Shown: positions 42,882 through 50,538 of the stretch, in pieces
Layout: each line of letters begins with the position of its first letter
How positions within the stretch are numbered: position 1 is the stretch's first letter
NCBI GenBank assembly: GCA_964589815.1
Contig: CAZPUR010000003.1
Coordinates: 42,554-106,553, forward strand
Direction of reading: 5' to 3'
From: an uncultured Pseudomonadales bacterium
GTDB taxonomy: Bacteria > Patescibacteriota > Microgenomatia > UBA1400
Length of the DNA stretch: 64,000 nt
Made by a program: the position numbers and the translations under genes
Notes under the pieces: model-generated
What the model was told of the DNA's origin: nothing
The model's input: the letters and a program-made list of their open reading frames with translations, nothing else
Databases searched by the model: none

Positions 42882-43799
42882 ATGTTAAAACCCACTTTTA
42901 AAATTACTGCTCTCAAAAAAAAGAAAGATTACGGCAAGTTTGTTTTGGAACCCTTGCCTCAAGGTTATGGTGATACCCTCGGCAATTCTTTACGTCGTTG
43001 TCTTTTAGGTAGTTTGCCCGGAGCCGCCATTACTCGAGTTAAAATCGATGGTATCCGTCACCAGTTTTCCACCTTGCCTGGTTTGAAAGAAGACATGGTG
43101 GAGTTGATTTTAAACTTAAAACAGGTGAAGGTAATTTATCAAGGCAAGAAAGAAGTTAAAGCCATCCTCGAAACCAAAGGTTCAAAGGTAATTAAGGCTG
43201 GCGATATTAAAGCTCCGCCTGAGGTAGAAATTATCAATAAAGACCTATATTTAGCTACTTTAACAGACAGCAAGTCAAAATTAAAAATAAGCCTATGGGT
43301 TAGTTCTGGATTTGGTTATTCACCGGCGGAGGAAAGAAAATCAAGCACTTTAGGGATTATTCCGGTTGATGCCAGTTTTTCCCCGGTTTTGAGGGTTAAT
43401 TACAATGTTAAACCGACTCGTCTTGGCCGCCGGACTGACCTTGATAAGCTAATTTTTGAAATCTGGACTGACAGCAGCGCTAAACCAAAAGAAATTTTAG
43501 AATACGGCGCTAAAGTTTTGGTTAAGTTCTTTAGGCAGATTTACAAACCAGTATTTGCCGCCAAAGAGAAAAAGAAAGAAGTTAAAGATGAAAATAATGA
43601 ACTGATGAATTTGACGGTGGAAGAATTAGATTTGCCTACCAGAATTGCCAACGCTTTGCGTCGGGGTGGTTTTGGCACAGTTAAGGGTTTAGTCAAAGTG
43701 AAAAAGGATGACATTGCCAAAGTTAAAAACTTAGGTAAAAAATCCATTGATATCATTTATCAGAAGTTGGCTAAAAAAGGAGTAGGGGTTAAATTATGA
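42882..43799 (+). CDS. rpoA: DNA-directed RNA polymerase subunit alpha
   Basis: GKFVLEPLPQGYGDTLGNSLRRCLL and C-terminal LDLPTRIANALRR. Confidence 0.95.
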   Translation: MLKPTFKITALKKKKDYGKFVLEPLPQGYGDTLGNSLRRCLLGSLPGAAITRVKIDGIRHQFSTLPGLKEDMVELILNLKQVKVIYQGKKEVKAILETKGSKVIKAGDIKAPPEVEIINKDLYLATLTDSKSKLKISLWVSSGFGYSPAEERKSSTLGIIPVDASFSPVLRVNYNVKPTRLGRRTDLDKLIFEIWTDSSAKPKEILEYGAKVLVKFFRQIYKPVFAAKEKKKEVKDENNELMNLTVEELDLPTRIANALRRGGFGTVKGLVKVKKDDIAKVKNLGKKSIDIIYQKLAKKGVGVKL

Positions 43800-44197
43800 G
43801 ACATCGGAAAAAGATGAAAAAATTAAATCGTAATACTAAGCAAAGAAAAGCCTTATTCAAAAACTTAATTAGGGCTTTAGTTATCCATGAAGAAATCAAG
43901 ACCACTTTACCTAAAGCTAAAGCAGTTAAAAGGCTAGTTGATAAGCTGGTCACTAGGGCCAAAGCAGGTAGCTTGCATGCCAGAAGGCAAATTATGGCTT
44001 TTTTACCGGATAAAAAAGCAGTTAATAAATTATTTGATGAAATCACCTTGCGTTTTAAAAAAAGAAGCAGCGGTTTTACCCGTTTTGTTCGTTTGGGCAA
44101 AAGACGAGGTGATGATGCCATGATGGTGAAATTGTCCTGGGTGGAAAAAAATAAAGTAGGAGAGATAGAGAAGGTAGAGAAAAGTAGAAAAGGGTAG
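43796..44197 (+). CDS. rplQ: 50S ribosomal protein L17 (bL17)
   Basis: MRHRKKMKKLNRNTKQRKALFKNL start. Confidence 0.95.
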   Translation: MRHRKKMKKLNRNTKQRKALFKNLIRALVIHEEIKTTLPKAKAVKRLVDKLVTRAKAGSLHARRQIMAFLPDKKAVNKLFDEITLRFKKRSSGFTRFVRLGKRRGDDAMMVKLSWVEKNKVGEIEKVEKSRKG

Positions 44198-44200
44198 AAT

Positions 44201-44230
44201 CAGCCAGAGGCTGATCGTCCTTTGGACGAA
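44201..44230 (+). repeat. double-hairpin element CAGCCAGAGGCTGATCGTCCTTTGGACGAA abutting the rplM ATG
   Basis: CAGCC-AGAG-GCTG and TCGTCC-TTTG-GACGA. Near-identical copy at 55036-55066. Confidence 0.8.
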
Positions 44231-44644
44231 ATGAAAACAAAAATTACCAGAGCCAAAGACATCAAAAGAAGTTGGCACTTAGTTGATCTTGAAGGTCAAA
44301 TTTTAGGCAGGCAGGCCAGTAAAATAGCTCAACTTTTGATGGGTAAAAACAAAGTTTATTATACGGCTGCTTTGGATTGCGGTGACTATGTGGTAGCTAT
44401 TAACGCCGCCAAGATCCAAGTCACTGGTAGAAAAAACCAGCAGAAAATGTATTTCCGCCATTCAGGTTATCCTGGGGGTTTGAAAAAATTGACTTTTAGC
44501 CAGCTTTTAAAGAAAGATCCCAGAAAAATTATTGAATTGGCGGTCAAAAATATGCTGTCCAAAAATAAACTGCGGGACCCGCGTTTAGCTCGGCTCAAAG
44601 TTTTTCCTGGCCCAGAACATGATTATAAGGATAAATTTAAATAA
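44231..44644 (+). CDS. rplM: 50S ribosomal protein L13 (uL13)
   Basis: MKTKITRAKDIKRSWHLVD start. The caller's TTG at 44222 lies in the repeat. Confidence 0.94.
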   Translation: MKTKITRAKDIKRSWHLVDLEGQILGRQASKIAQLLMGKNKVYYTAALDCGDYVVAINAAKIQVTGRKNQQKMYFRHSGYPGGLKKLTFSQLLKKDPRKIIELAVKNMLSKNKLRDPRLARLKVFPGPEHDYKDKFK

Positions 44645-44647
44645 ATT

Positions 44648-45148
44648 ATGCCAACTAAATCAAAAAAAACCACTAAAAAAACTGCAAAGACCACCAAAAA
44701 GACTAAGTTAAAAAAGTCAACCAAAAAATCTCAATTGAAAAAAACTTTAAAAGCCAAGTTCATCCGGGCCATTGGCCGCCGCCGCACCGCCGTTGCTCGG
44801 GTTCGGCTTTATCCTCATAAAAAAGGCGACCTCGAAGTTAATGGTCAAAGCATTGAAAAATATTTTCCCGGAAAGGTCTATGAACAAATATATTTAGCTC
44901 CCTTAAAAACCTGCAATGTTCTTGGCAACTATTTAATTACCATTAAAGTCCAAGGTTCAGGATTAAAGGGGCAATTGGATGCAGTGGTCCATGGCCTAGC
45001 TCGAGTTTTAGAAAAACTCAATCAGGAAAAATTCAGACCAATTTTGAAAAAAAGAGGTTTTTTAACCCGTGATTCTCGTAAAAGAGAACCTCGCAAAGCC
45101 GGCATGGGCGGTAAAGCAAGACGAAAGAGACAATCGCCTCGGCGATAG
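44648..45148 (+). CDS. rpsI: 30S ribosomal protein S9 (uS9) with a Lys-rich N-terminal extension
   Basis: GRRRTAVARVRLYP ... GGKARRKRQSPRR. Confidence 0.94.
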   Translation: MPTKSKKTTKKTAKTTKKTKLKKSTKKSQLKKTLKAKFIRAIGRRRTAVARVRLYPHKKGDLEVNGQSIEKYFPGKVYEQIYLAPLKTCNVLGNYLITIKVQGSGLKGQLDAVVHGLARVLEKLNQEKFRPILKKRGFLTRDSRKREPRKAGMGGKARRKRQSPRR

Positions 45149-45304
45149 TTTCTTGAGCTGCAGTCCTGAACTTGACATGTCTGTAAGTAGAGGCTGTAAG
45201 CCCTTTTACAGGCAGGAATAGTTTAGGGCAAAACAAATAAGGCAGGCTCCAAGGAGATAAAGATTAGCTTTTTCCGACGCAGTCCCTCTTAAATTCCCAT
45301 TTTT

Positions 45305-45565
45305 TTATCTTCCAATATTCTGGAGTAAATCATTAAACATATCTTCTTGCTGTTTACTGGTTTCCGAAACCGAAGAAACATTTTCCAAAATTTGCTGCGT
45401 ATTTTCCAGTTGTTTTTTCAAAGCCGGCAACACTTGGACATAAAAACCCCAAACACTGATGATAATGCTCAGAAAAATTAAAATTTTAAAAACCACGGCC
45501 AAGCGATACTGCCAGATTTGAATCTTCAACCACTTTTGCAGTAATTCCTCAGTTTCCAGCTCCAT
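45305..45565 (-). CDS. small membrane-anchored hypothetical protein
   Basis: ATG at 45565 is preceded by GAGGAGG. One TM segment plus a coiled region. The caller's extra 8 codons are repeat-encoded. Confidence 0.5.
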   Translation of the reverse strand: MELETEELLQKWLKIQIWQYRLAVVFKILIFLSIIISVWGFYVQVLPALKKQLENTQQILENVSSVSETSKQQEDMFNDLLQNIGR

Positions 45566-45577
45566 TTTTCCTCCTCT

Positions 45578-45602
45578 GTCATTCCGCACCTGATGCGGAA
45601 TC
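45578..45602. repeat. GTCATTCCGCA-CCTGA-TGCGGAATC hairpin repeat
   Basis: 8-bp stem; GTCATTCC family. Confidence 0.75.
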
Positions 45603-45648
45603 TATACAAATAAAATCCTCTAATAATAAAATAACCACTACCATTATT

Positions 45649-45657
45649 TGATATAAT
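45649..45657 (+). promoter_or_regulatory. extended -10 element TGATATAAT upstream of the GIY-YIG/tRNA-Pro unit
   Basis: Read directly. Confidence 0.45.
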
Positions 45658-45719
45658 AGAAGTATTGTCAATATTTTCGGGCGCCGCCCAGAGGGCTCTG
45701 CCCGGCGGGGCGTGCAAAT

Positions 45720-46001
45720 ATGGCATTTGTTTATTTATCAAAAAGCTTAAAAGATAATAAGAAATATATTGGTTCAACAAATAATTTACAAAGACGTATA
45801 AAAGAACATCAAAATGGTTTAGTAAGGTCAACAAAATATAGACGGCCGTTAATTTTACTAGGTTATCAGATTTGCAACGATGTTAAAGAAGCAGCTTTTT
45901 TGGAAAGAAAATATAAAAGAAGCCATAATGTTCTTGGGAGAGCAATACAAAGAGGGAGTTTTAGATTAGTTCATTCGGGGCGTGGTGCAGTGGTAGCATA
46001 G
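45720..46001 (+). CDS. small GIY-YIG nuclease-family protein; 3' end of the ORF runs into tRNA-Pro
   Basis: MAFVYLSKSLKDNKKYIGSTNNLQRRIKEHQNG... GIY-YIG-like core. The last ~9 codons overlap the tRNA, so the true stop and length are uncertain. Confidence 0.7.
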   Translation: MAFVYLSKSLKDNKKYIGSTNNLQRRIKEHQNGLVRSTKYRRPLILLGYQICNDVKEAAFLERKYKRSHNVLGRAIQRGSFRLVHSGRGAVVA

Positions 46002-46046
46002 GCGCATGGGGTGCGTCTGGCCCCGGTTCAATCCCGGGCGCCCCGA
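45976..46046 (+). tRNA. tRNA-Pro (anticodon GGG)
   Basis: Manual cloverleaf: acceptor CGGGGCG/CGCCCCG, D-loop AGTGGTA, anticodon stem GGCGC/GCGTC with loop ATGGGGT, T arm CCCGG-TTCAATC-CCGGG, discriminator A. Confidence 0.85.
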
Positions 46047-46052
46047 CAAAGA

Positions 46053-46529
46053 TTATATTATACCTAGAATAGGTAATTTAAACTTCTTCTTTTTCCACCT
46101 CAAATAAAGTTGAATCGTTTCCCAATGGTCAAAGGCCACTTTTTCTTTAGAAGGAATTTTATCCAAGTCAAACCACTTCACTTCACTTACTTCTTTATCT
46201 GGTTGACCTATCTTTTTAATAGCCTTGACTAAGTAGACGAAATCCACATTTTGCCAATCTTCTCCTTCTCTATAAGGCGTGTCCACGATTCTAAATAATT
46301 TGATTATTTTACCGCTATAACCGCTTTCTTCTAGGAACTCCCTCAAAACCCCTTCTTTTATTGTTTCATTTTGTTCTAAAAAACCACCGGGAAAAGCGTA
46401 TTTTCCGCCTTCTCTTAAATGATTAGCTCTTTTAATTAACAGCAGCTTATTATTGTTGACACAAAGAGCGTCAAAAACCACATGTCTTAGATGTGCCTTT
46501 GTTCCTGATTCAAACTGACAAGTAATCAT
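46053..46529 (-). CDS. NUDIX-family hydrolase
   Basis: Nudix box GGFLEQNETIKEGVLREFLEESGY. Confidence 0.85.
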   Translation of the reverse strand: MITCQFESGTKAHLRHVVFDALCVNNNKLLLIKRANHLREGGKYAFPGGFLEQNETIKEGVLREFLEESGYSGKIIKLFRIVDTPYREGEDWQNVDFVYLVKAIKKIGQPDKEVSEVKWFDLDKIPSKEKVAFDHWETIQLYLRWKKKKFKLPILGII

Positions 46530-46852
46530 ATTTTCCCAACCAAAGGATAAATATCAATCGCTGGTTCTTCGTAAGCATGGACTTTCTTAATCGCTTTGAT
46601 TACCTTTTTCAAATCCTTTCTAAAACAAACTGCTTCGATTCTTTCTTCTTTAACTTTTTCCAATCTGTTGATTTGGCCAATGGCCGGTTTGGCTCCTTGA
46701 AGCGGTCTGAATCTGCCCATACCTTTAACCGAAAAACTGCAAAAATCATAATGACCCATTTTACCTGCCCCTGCTTCTCCCAAGGCTTGCCGGATTTTAT
46801 CCGCCTCTTTTTCCGGGGTAAAAACAACTATTTTGACCAATTCGTTTTTCAT
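46526..46852 (-). CDS. Nif3-associated PII-like small protein (YqfO C-terminal-domain-like)
   Basis: VKIVVFTPEKEADKIRQALGEAGAGKMGHYDFCSF... pattern recalled from COG3323-type proteins. Confidence 0.55.
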   Translation of the reverse strand: MKNELVKIVVFTPEKEADKIRQALGEAGAGKMGHYDFCSFSVKGMGRFRPLQGAKPAIGQINRLEKVKEERIEAVCFRKDLKKVIKAIKKVHAYEEPAIDIYPLVGKI

Positions 46853-46951
46853 TTATAACTGTTATTATATAATGAACCTATGAAGAAATTCCTGCTCAAA
46901 AAATTCATTTTACCTGGTTTTGTACCGAGGCCGAAGCTCAGGAGGCTGGTT

Positions 46952-47149
46952 TTACTCGGGCCAAGAATTGTCCAAAACCATAGTTTCTTTTAATTGCTCT
47001 AAAACGGTTTTTCTTCCACCGGTTAATTCTTCTAGCCTTTCCATTACCGTTTTTTTTCCTATAATTGCCTCTAAAATCTCCAGAGTTGTTTCTCCTGGTT
47101 GGCGCGGCAGATAGAGAACTGGATTAGGAGTAGTATGTTTTTTTTCCAT
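46952..47149 (-). CDS. hypothetical 65-aa protein
   Basis: ORF only; no recognisable motif. Confidence 0.35.
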   Translation of the reverse strand: MEKKHTTPNPVLYLPRQPGETTLEILEAIIGKKTVMERLEELTGGRKTVLEQLKETMVLDNSWPE

Positions 47150-47261
47150 CGTGGCTTTTGTTTATGTACACCCCCTGTAGAATTATTTTATCAAATTTTT
47201 TTATAATTTTATGATATTTATAATTTTTCGCCCTAAATTTCGCGTTTTTAGTGTCAACCAT

Positions 47262-47290
47262 TTGCCTTTATTTTTTATTTTCAGTAGAAT
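47262..47290 (+). promoter_or_regulatory. putative promoter (TTGCCT, 17 nt, TAGAAT)
   Basis: Read directly upstream of ORF 47341/47365. Confidence 0.45.
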
Positions 47291-47364
47291 TGAGGTAGTA
47301 AAATTTAGAAGCCACACTTCTCCCGCCAAATTGGCGGGATATGGCGAGGCAAAGGAAGGAAAAT

Positions 47365-47964
47365 ATGCCCAATAATCAACCAGCAACCACCCAAACTACC
47401 CCAGTTTCTCCAAATTCAACCAAAGCAAAAAGCAGTGGGGTTAATAAATTTTTAGTTATCGTTCTTTTTATGATGACGGCTTTACTGTTTTTTGTAGTAG
47501 GCGCTTTTGCTTTATGGTTTTTCCAGGATAAGTTGCCTGACAAACTTAGATTTTCACCCAGCCCCAGTCCTTTAGTCCAGGCTAGCGCCGAACCAGAAGT
47601 TTCTCCAGAAGAGATGGTCCCTTCTCCCCAGGTTTCCGCTGCGCCCCAAGCCTCACCCGAGATTCCGGCCAAATCAGATCTTGAATTACTCAGAGAAGCT
47701 TTTGCCACAAAATATAGTCATACTCTGGCCGAAACCGAGGTCAATATTGGCAAACAAGCAGGTCCTTATGTTTCTGGTGGCATTCATTTTAGCGGAGAAA
47801 TGGGGGGCGGCTGGTTTTTGGCTTATAAAGGAGCTGATGGCTGGATTATTGTGGCTGACGGCAATGGTACTGTTCCTTGTGAGGCGATTGAACCCTATGA
47901 TTTTCCGGTTGATATGGTGCCGGAATGCTGGGATGACAGCACCAGCACCTTAATTACCAGATAG
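47365..47964 (+). CDS. membrane-anchored hypothetical protein with a Pro/Ser-rich linker
   Basis: ATG at 47365 has an AAGGAAGGA SD; 47341 is an alternative. One TM segment, then SPSPSPLVQASAEPEVSPEE. Confidence 0.55.
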   Translation: MPNNQPATTQTTPVSPNSTKAKSSGVNKFLVIVLFMMTALLFFVVGAFALWFFQDKLPDKLRFSPSPSPLVQASAEPEVSPEEMVPSPQVSAAPQASPEIPAKSDLELLREAFATKYSHTLAETEVNIGKQAGPYVSGGIHFSGEMGGGWFLAYKGADGWIIVADGNGTVPCEAIEPYDFPVDMVPECWDDSTSTLITR

Positions 47965-47995
47965 AAAATAATAAAAGAAAGAGAGGTGATGGGAA

Positions 47996-48040
47996 ATGGA
48001 TTGTGGCAGTTGTGGTGGCGGTGATGATGACGATAAGTAA
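47996..48040 (+). CDS. 14-aa micro-ORF MDCGSCGGGDDDDK
   Basis: SD GAGAGGTGA sits 7 nt upstream. Lies 27 nt before the arsR-like gene. Confidence 0.35.
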   Translation: MDCGSCGGGDDDDK

Positions 48041-48067
48041 TCACCAAGATTAACTATTTAATGAAAA

Positions 48068-48331
48068 ATGAAAACTACTTATTTAAAATGTAATTGTTGT
48101 GGTTGTTTTCGAACCATGGCTTGTCCTTCCAGATTTAAGATTTTTAATCATCTTAAAAAAAAGGGCAGAGTTACAGTTTCTTCTTTGGTGAAATTTTTAG
48201 GTCTGCGTCAACCGACCGTGAGTTTCCATATTAATAAACTAAGGAAACAAGGCTTACTGAAAAAAGTGAAGATCGGTCGGGAAGTCTATTGTCAGCTTCA
48301 TAAAAAATGCGACCCCTGCCCCTTGTTTTAA
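48068..48331 (+). CDS. ArsR/SmtB-family metalloregulator, Cys-rich termini
   Basis: ACPSRFKIFNHL...VSSLVKFLGLRQPTVSFHINKLRKQGLLKKVKIGREVYCQL (wHTH). N-terminal CNCCGC and C-terminal CQLHKKCDPCP. Confidence 0.8.
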   Translation: MKTTYLKCNCCGCFRTMACPSRFKIFNHLKKKGRVTVSSLVKFLGLRQPTVSFHINKLRKQGLLKKVKIGREVYCQLHKKCDPCPLF

Positions 48332-48524
48332 TCCGCCTTCGCGAAAATCCGAGGGCTAATAGGCCTCGGCTGGATAGCATTTATAAAGTTTTATGATTTT
48401 CGCTTCGGCAGGATTTCAGCTATAATTCAAGATTAAGGTTGACAAATCAGAGGAAGAATCCGAGGCTTTTTAAGCCTCGGAGCTTCAATTTCCTTTTTGT
48501 CCTTGAAAATTTTCTCTTTGGGGC

Positions 48525-48553
48525 TTGACATAAATACTCTTACATAGTATTAT
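48525..48553 (+). promoter_or_regulatory. near-consensus promoter (TTGACA, 17 nt, TATTAT) for the Cys-rich peptide gene
   Basis: Read directly. Confidence 0.65.
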
Positions 48554-48559
48554 ATAGAC

Positions 48560-48591
48560 AGTTATCTATACAATAACCAGTATAGATAACT
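48560..48591 (+). promoter_or_regulatory. perfect 12-8-12 inverted repeat AGTTATCTATAC-N8-GTATAGATAACT (candidate ArsR operator)
   Basis: Starts 7 nt after the -10, so it overlaps the predicted transcription start. Confidence 0.6.
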
Positions 48592-48634
48592 ATAAAAATT
48601 CAATTAAGGTAAAACAAGCAAGGAGGTGAGCAAA

Positions 48635-48697
48635 ATGTGCGGATGCGGCAGTAAAGACAAAGACAGCTGTAGCTGTTTACATTGCGGTTGTCAATAA
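48635..48697 (+). CDS. 20-aa Cys-rich peptide MCGCGSKDKDSCSCLHCGCQ (metallothionein-like candidate)
   Basis: SD AGGAGGTGA sits 5 nt upstream. 7 Cys plus 1 His in 20 residues. Own promoter and operator upstream, hairpin downstream. Confidence 0.6.
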   Translation: MCGCGSKDKDSCSCLHCGCQ

Positions 48698-48709
48698 TCA
48701 GCTTTAAAA

Positions 48710-48748
48710 AAAGACTTGCTCAGCTGAGTCCCAGCTCGGCAAGTCTTT
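48710..48748 (+). terminator. terminator-like hairpin (AAAGACTTGC ... GCAAGTCTTT)
   Basis: 10-bp outer stem, inner palindrome CTCAGCTGAG, weak U-tail TTTATT. Confidence 0.45.
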
Positions 48749-48775
48749 ATTGGAAAAAATGATAAAATAAGGAAA

Positions 48776-49654
48776 ATGACTAAGGTTAGTTTAGTGAGAC
48801 ACCAACAATCATATGAGGGGACTTTAAAAGTTTTAAAACCTTTAGAAAATGATTTGAAGAAAAAAATTATCTCTCTGGATAAGTTAGTAATTAAGATTAA
48901 TTTTGTCACCACTTTAAACCGGTTGGCCACCACCCCTCTAACTAGCGTTAAAGGCTTTATTGATTTTATTAAGCCTTTTTATCAAGGCAAAATTATTATT
49001 GCTGAAGAAGCCAGTATGGGCAGTACTGACAAAGGCTTTAAACGTTATGGATTCAAAAAATTGGCAGATCAAGACCCTCAAACAGAGATTTTTGATTCCA
49101 GTGAAGATAGACCTCAATTGGTCAAAATTAAATATCCTGGTGGTAGAATTTACCTACCTTTGGCCAAAATTTATACCGGATCCGACTTTATCGTTTCCAT
49201 TACTCGAGCCAAAACCCATGATGCGGTCGTGGTCACCCTAGGTATTAAAAATCTTTTAATTGGTGCCATTCAAGGTGGTTTAAATGAACGAATGAAAATC
49301 CCTCATGACAAAAATCTTCATTGGATTATGACAGGGATCGCCCAAAATGCTTATCCTGATTTTGTTTTAATTGATGCCACCGAAGCAATGGAAGGTAGAG
49401 GTCCAGACAAAGGCGTCGCCATTAAAGCCAATTTTTTGGCCGCCGGCTTTGATGCTTTGGCCGTTGATTCTCTGGTTACTTATTTGATGGGTTTTGATAT
49501 TAAAGACGTCGGTTACCTGAATTTATTGCGCCAAAAAAAATTTGGTCGGCTTTATCCTCAAGATAAAATCCAAATTATTGGCTCTGATCCAAAAAGATTA
49601 GTTATTCCTTTTAAACCTCATCCTACTTTTGAATATCAGCGTCAGTGGCATTAA
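48776..49654 (+). CDS. DUF362-like protein
   Basis: Overall pattern (KINFVT..., SITRAKTHD, GIKNLLIG, IDATEAMEGRGP) recalled from DUF362 proteins; not verified by search. Confidence 0.5.
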   Translation: MTKVSLVRHQQSYEGTLKVLKPLENDLKKKIISLDKLVIKINFVTTLNRLATTPLTSVKGFIDFIKPFYQGKIIIAEEASMGSTDKGFKRYGFKKLADQDPQTEIFDSSEDRPQLVKIKYPGGRIYLPLAKIYTGSDFIVSITRAKTHDAVVVTLGIKNLLIGAIQGGLNERMKIPHDKNLHWIMTGIAQNAYPDFVLIDATEAMEGRGPDKGVAIKANFLAAGFDALAVDSLVTYLMGFDIKDVGYLNLLRQKKFGRLYPQDKIQIIGSDPKRLVIPFKPHPTFEYQRQWH

Positions 49655-50040
49655 TGATGATGTTCTTCTTTCTCAGCCTTCATTGCTTCAGCTAAAGTTT
49701 TATGAATGGTGCCATCCGGATGGTTGGGGGGAGAATAAATGGTATAGAGTTTCAAATCTTCAGTTTGGGAGCTGTTAATCACATTATGTTGGGCTCCGGC
49801 CGGGACAATCACCGCATCGCCGTCTTTAGCCATAAACTCTTGACCGTCAATCACAAATTTGGCTTCACCCTGATCCAAGCGGAAAAACTGGTCTACGGTT
49901 TTATGGACTTCTGTACCGATTTCTTCACCCGACTTTAGACTCATCAAGACTAGTTGGCAGTATTTACCGGTCCAAAGCACCTGGCGAAAATATGAATTTT
50001 TCAGAGTTAATTCTTCAATATGACCAAAATATGGTTTCAT
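49651..50040 (-). CDS. cupin-domain protein
   Basis: GEEIGTEVHKTVDQFF...GDAVIVPAGAQHNV cupin motifs. His-rich C-terminus. Confidence 0.75.
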   Translation of the reverse strand: MKPYFGHIEELTLKNSYFRQVLWTGKYCQLVLMSLKSGEEIGTEVHKTVDQFFRLDQGEAKFVIDGQEFMAKDGDAVIVPAGAQHNVINSSQTEDLKLYTIYSPPNHPDGTIHKTLAEAMKAEKEEHHH

Positions 50041-50058
50041 TTTTTATCACCTCCTTTA

Positions 50059-50538
50059 TTAAGTCAACATTTTTTCTTCTTTTTTTATCCAATCCTTGTA
50101 TTTTTCTTCGATTATCTCTTTTTCTTTTTCAATTCTTTGATGCTTTTCTTGCAAATCTTCAGGGATTTTTCTTTTGTTTTTGCTTAAATAATCATAAATG
50201 GCTTCTGCTAAAGCATCACTGGCCAAAACAGAACAATGGATTTTAACCGGCGGTAAACCGCCCAAACTTTTGACCACTTTATCCTTGTTTATATTTAAAG
50301 CCTTAGTTAGTGTTTTTCCTTTGGCTAAATCAGTGATAATACTGCTGGTCGCCAGAGCGGCGACACAACCAAAAGTTTGGAATTTTATATCCTTGATTTT
50401 GTCTTTTTCTACTTTAATATAAAGATGCATCACGTCACCGCAGACAATATTGCCCGCTTTGCCTACGCCGTCCGGGTTTTTCATTTTGCCAAAATTATGC
50501 GGCTTTTGAAAATGTTTTAAAACTTTTTGATTATACAT
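50059..50538 (-). CDS. nifU: Fe-S cluster scaffold protein, NifU/IscU N-terminal type
   Basis: GKAGNIVCGDVMHLYI, FQTFGCVAALATSS and KIHCSVLA (three conserved Cys). Confidence 0.9.
   Translation of the reverse strand: MYNQKVLKHFQKPHNFGKMKNPDGVGKAGNIVCGDVMHLYIKVEKDKIKDIKFQTFGCVAALATSSIITDLAKGKTLTKALNINKDKVVKSLGGLPPVKIHCSVLASDALAEAIYDYLSKNKRKIPEDLQEKHQRIEKEKEIIEEKYKDWIKKEEKMLT

Noticed and set aside
43789-44278. ORFs 43789..44121 (-), 43938..44123 (+) and 44030..44278 (-)
   Set aside because: They overlap rplQ and rplM in alternative or antisense frames.
45526-45834. 102-aa minus-strand ORF
   Set aside because: It spans a repeat hairpin and promoter region and is antisense to the GIY-YIG gene. 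No motif support.
46577-46858. ORFs 46577..46858 (+) and 46609..46827 (-)
   Set aside because: They overlap the better-supported PII-like gene 46526..46852 (ATGA-type overlap with nudix, TATAAT upstream).
46889-47002. Small plus-strand ORF MKKFLLKKFILPGFVPRPKLRRLVLLGPRIVQNHSFF
   Set aside because: Short, no SD, and it overlaps the 3' end of the minus-strand ORF 46952..47149. Insufficient evidence either way.
47996-48040. DDDDK (enterokinase site) as a sign of vector or synthetic contamination
   Set aside because: No tag, MCS or vector backbone features nearby. The context is native-looking (SD, adjacent regulator), so it is probably coincidental.
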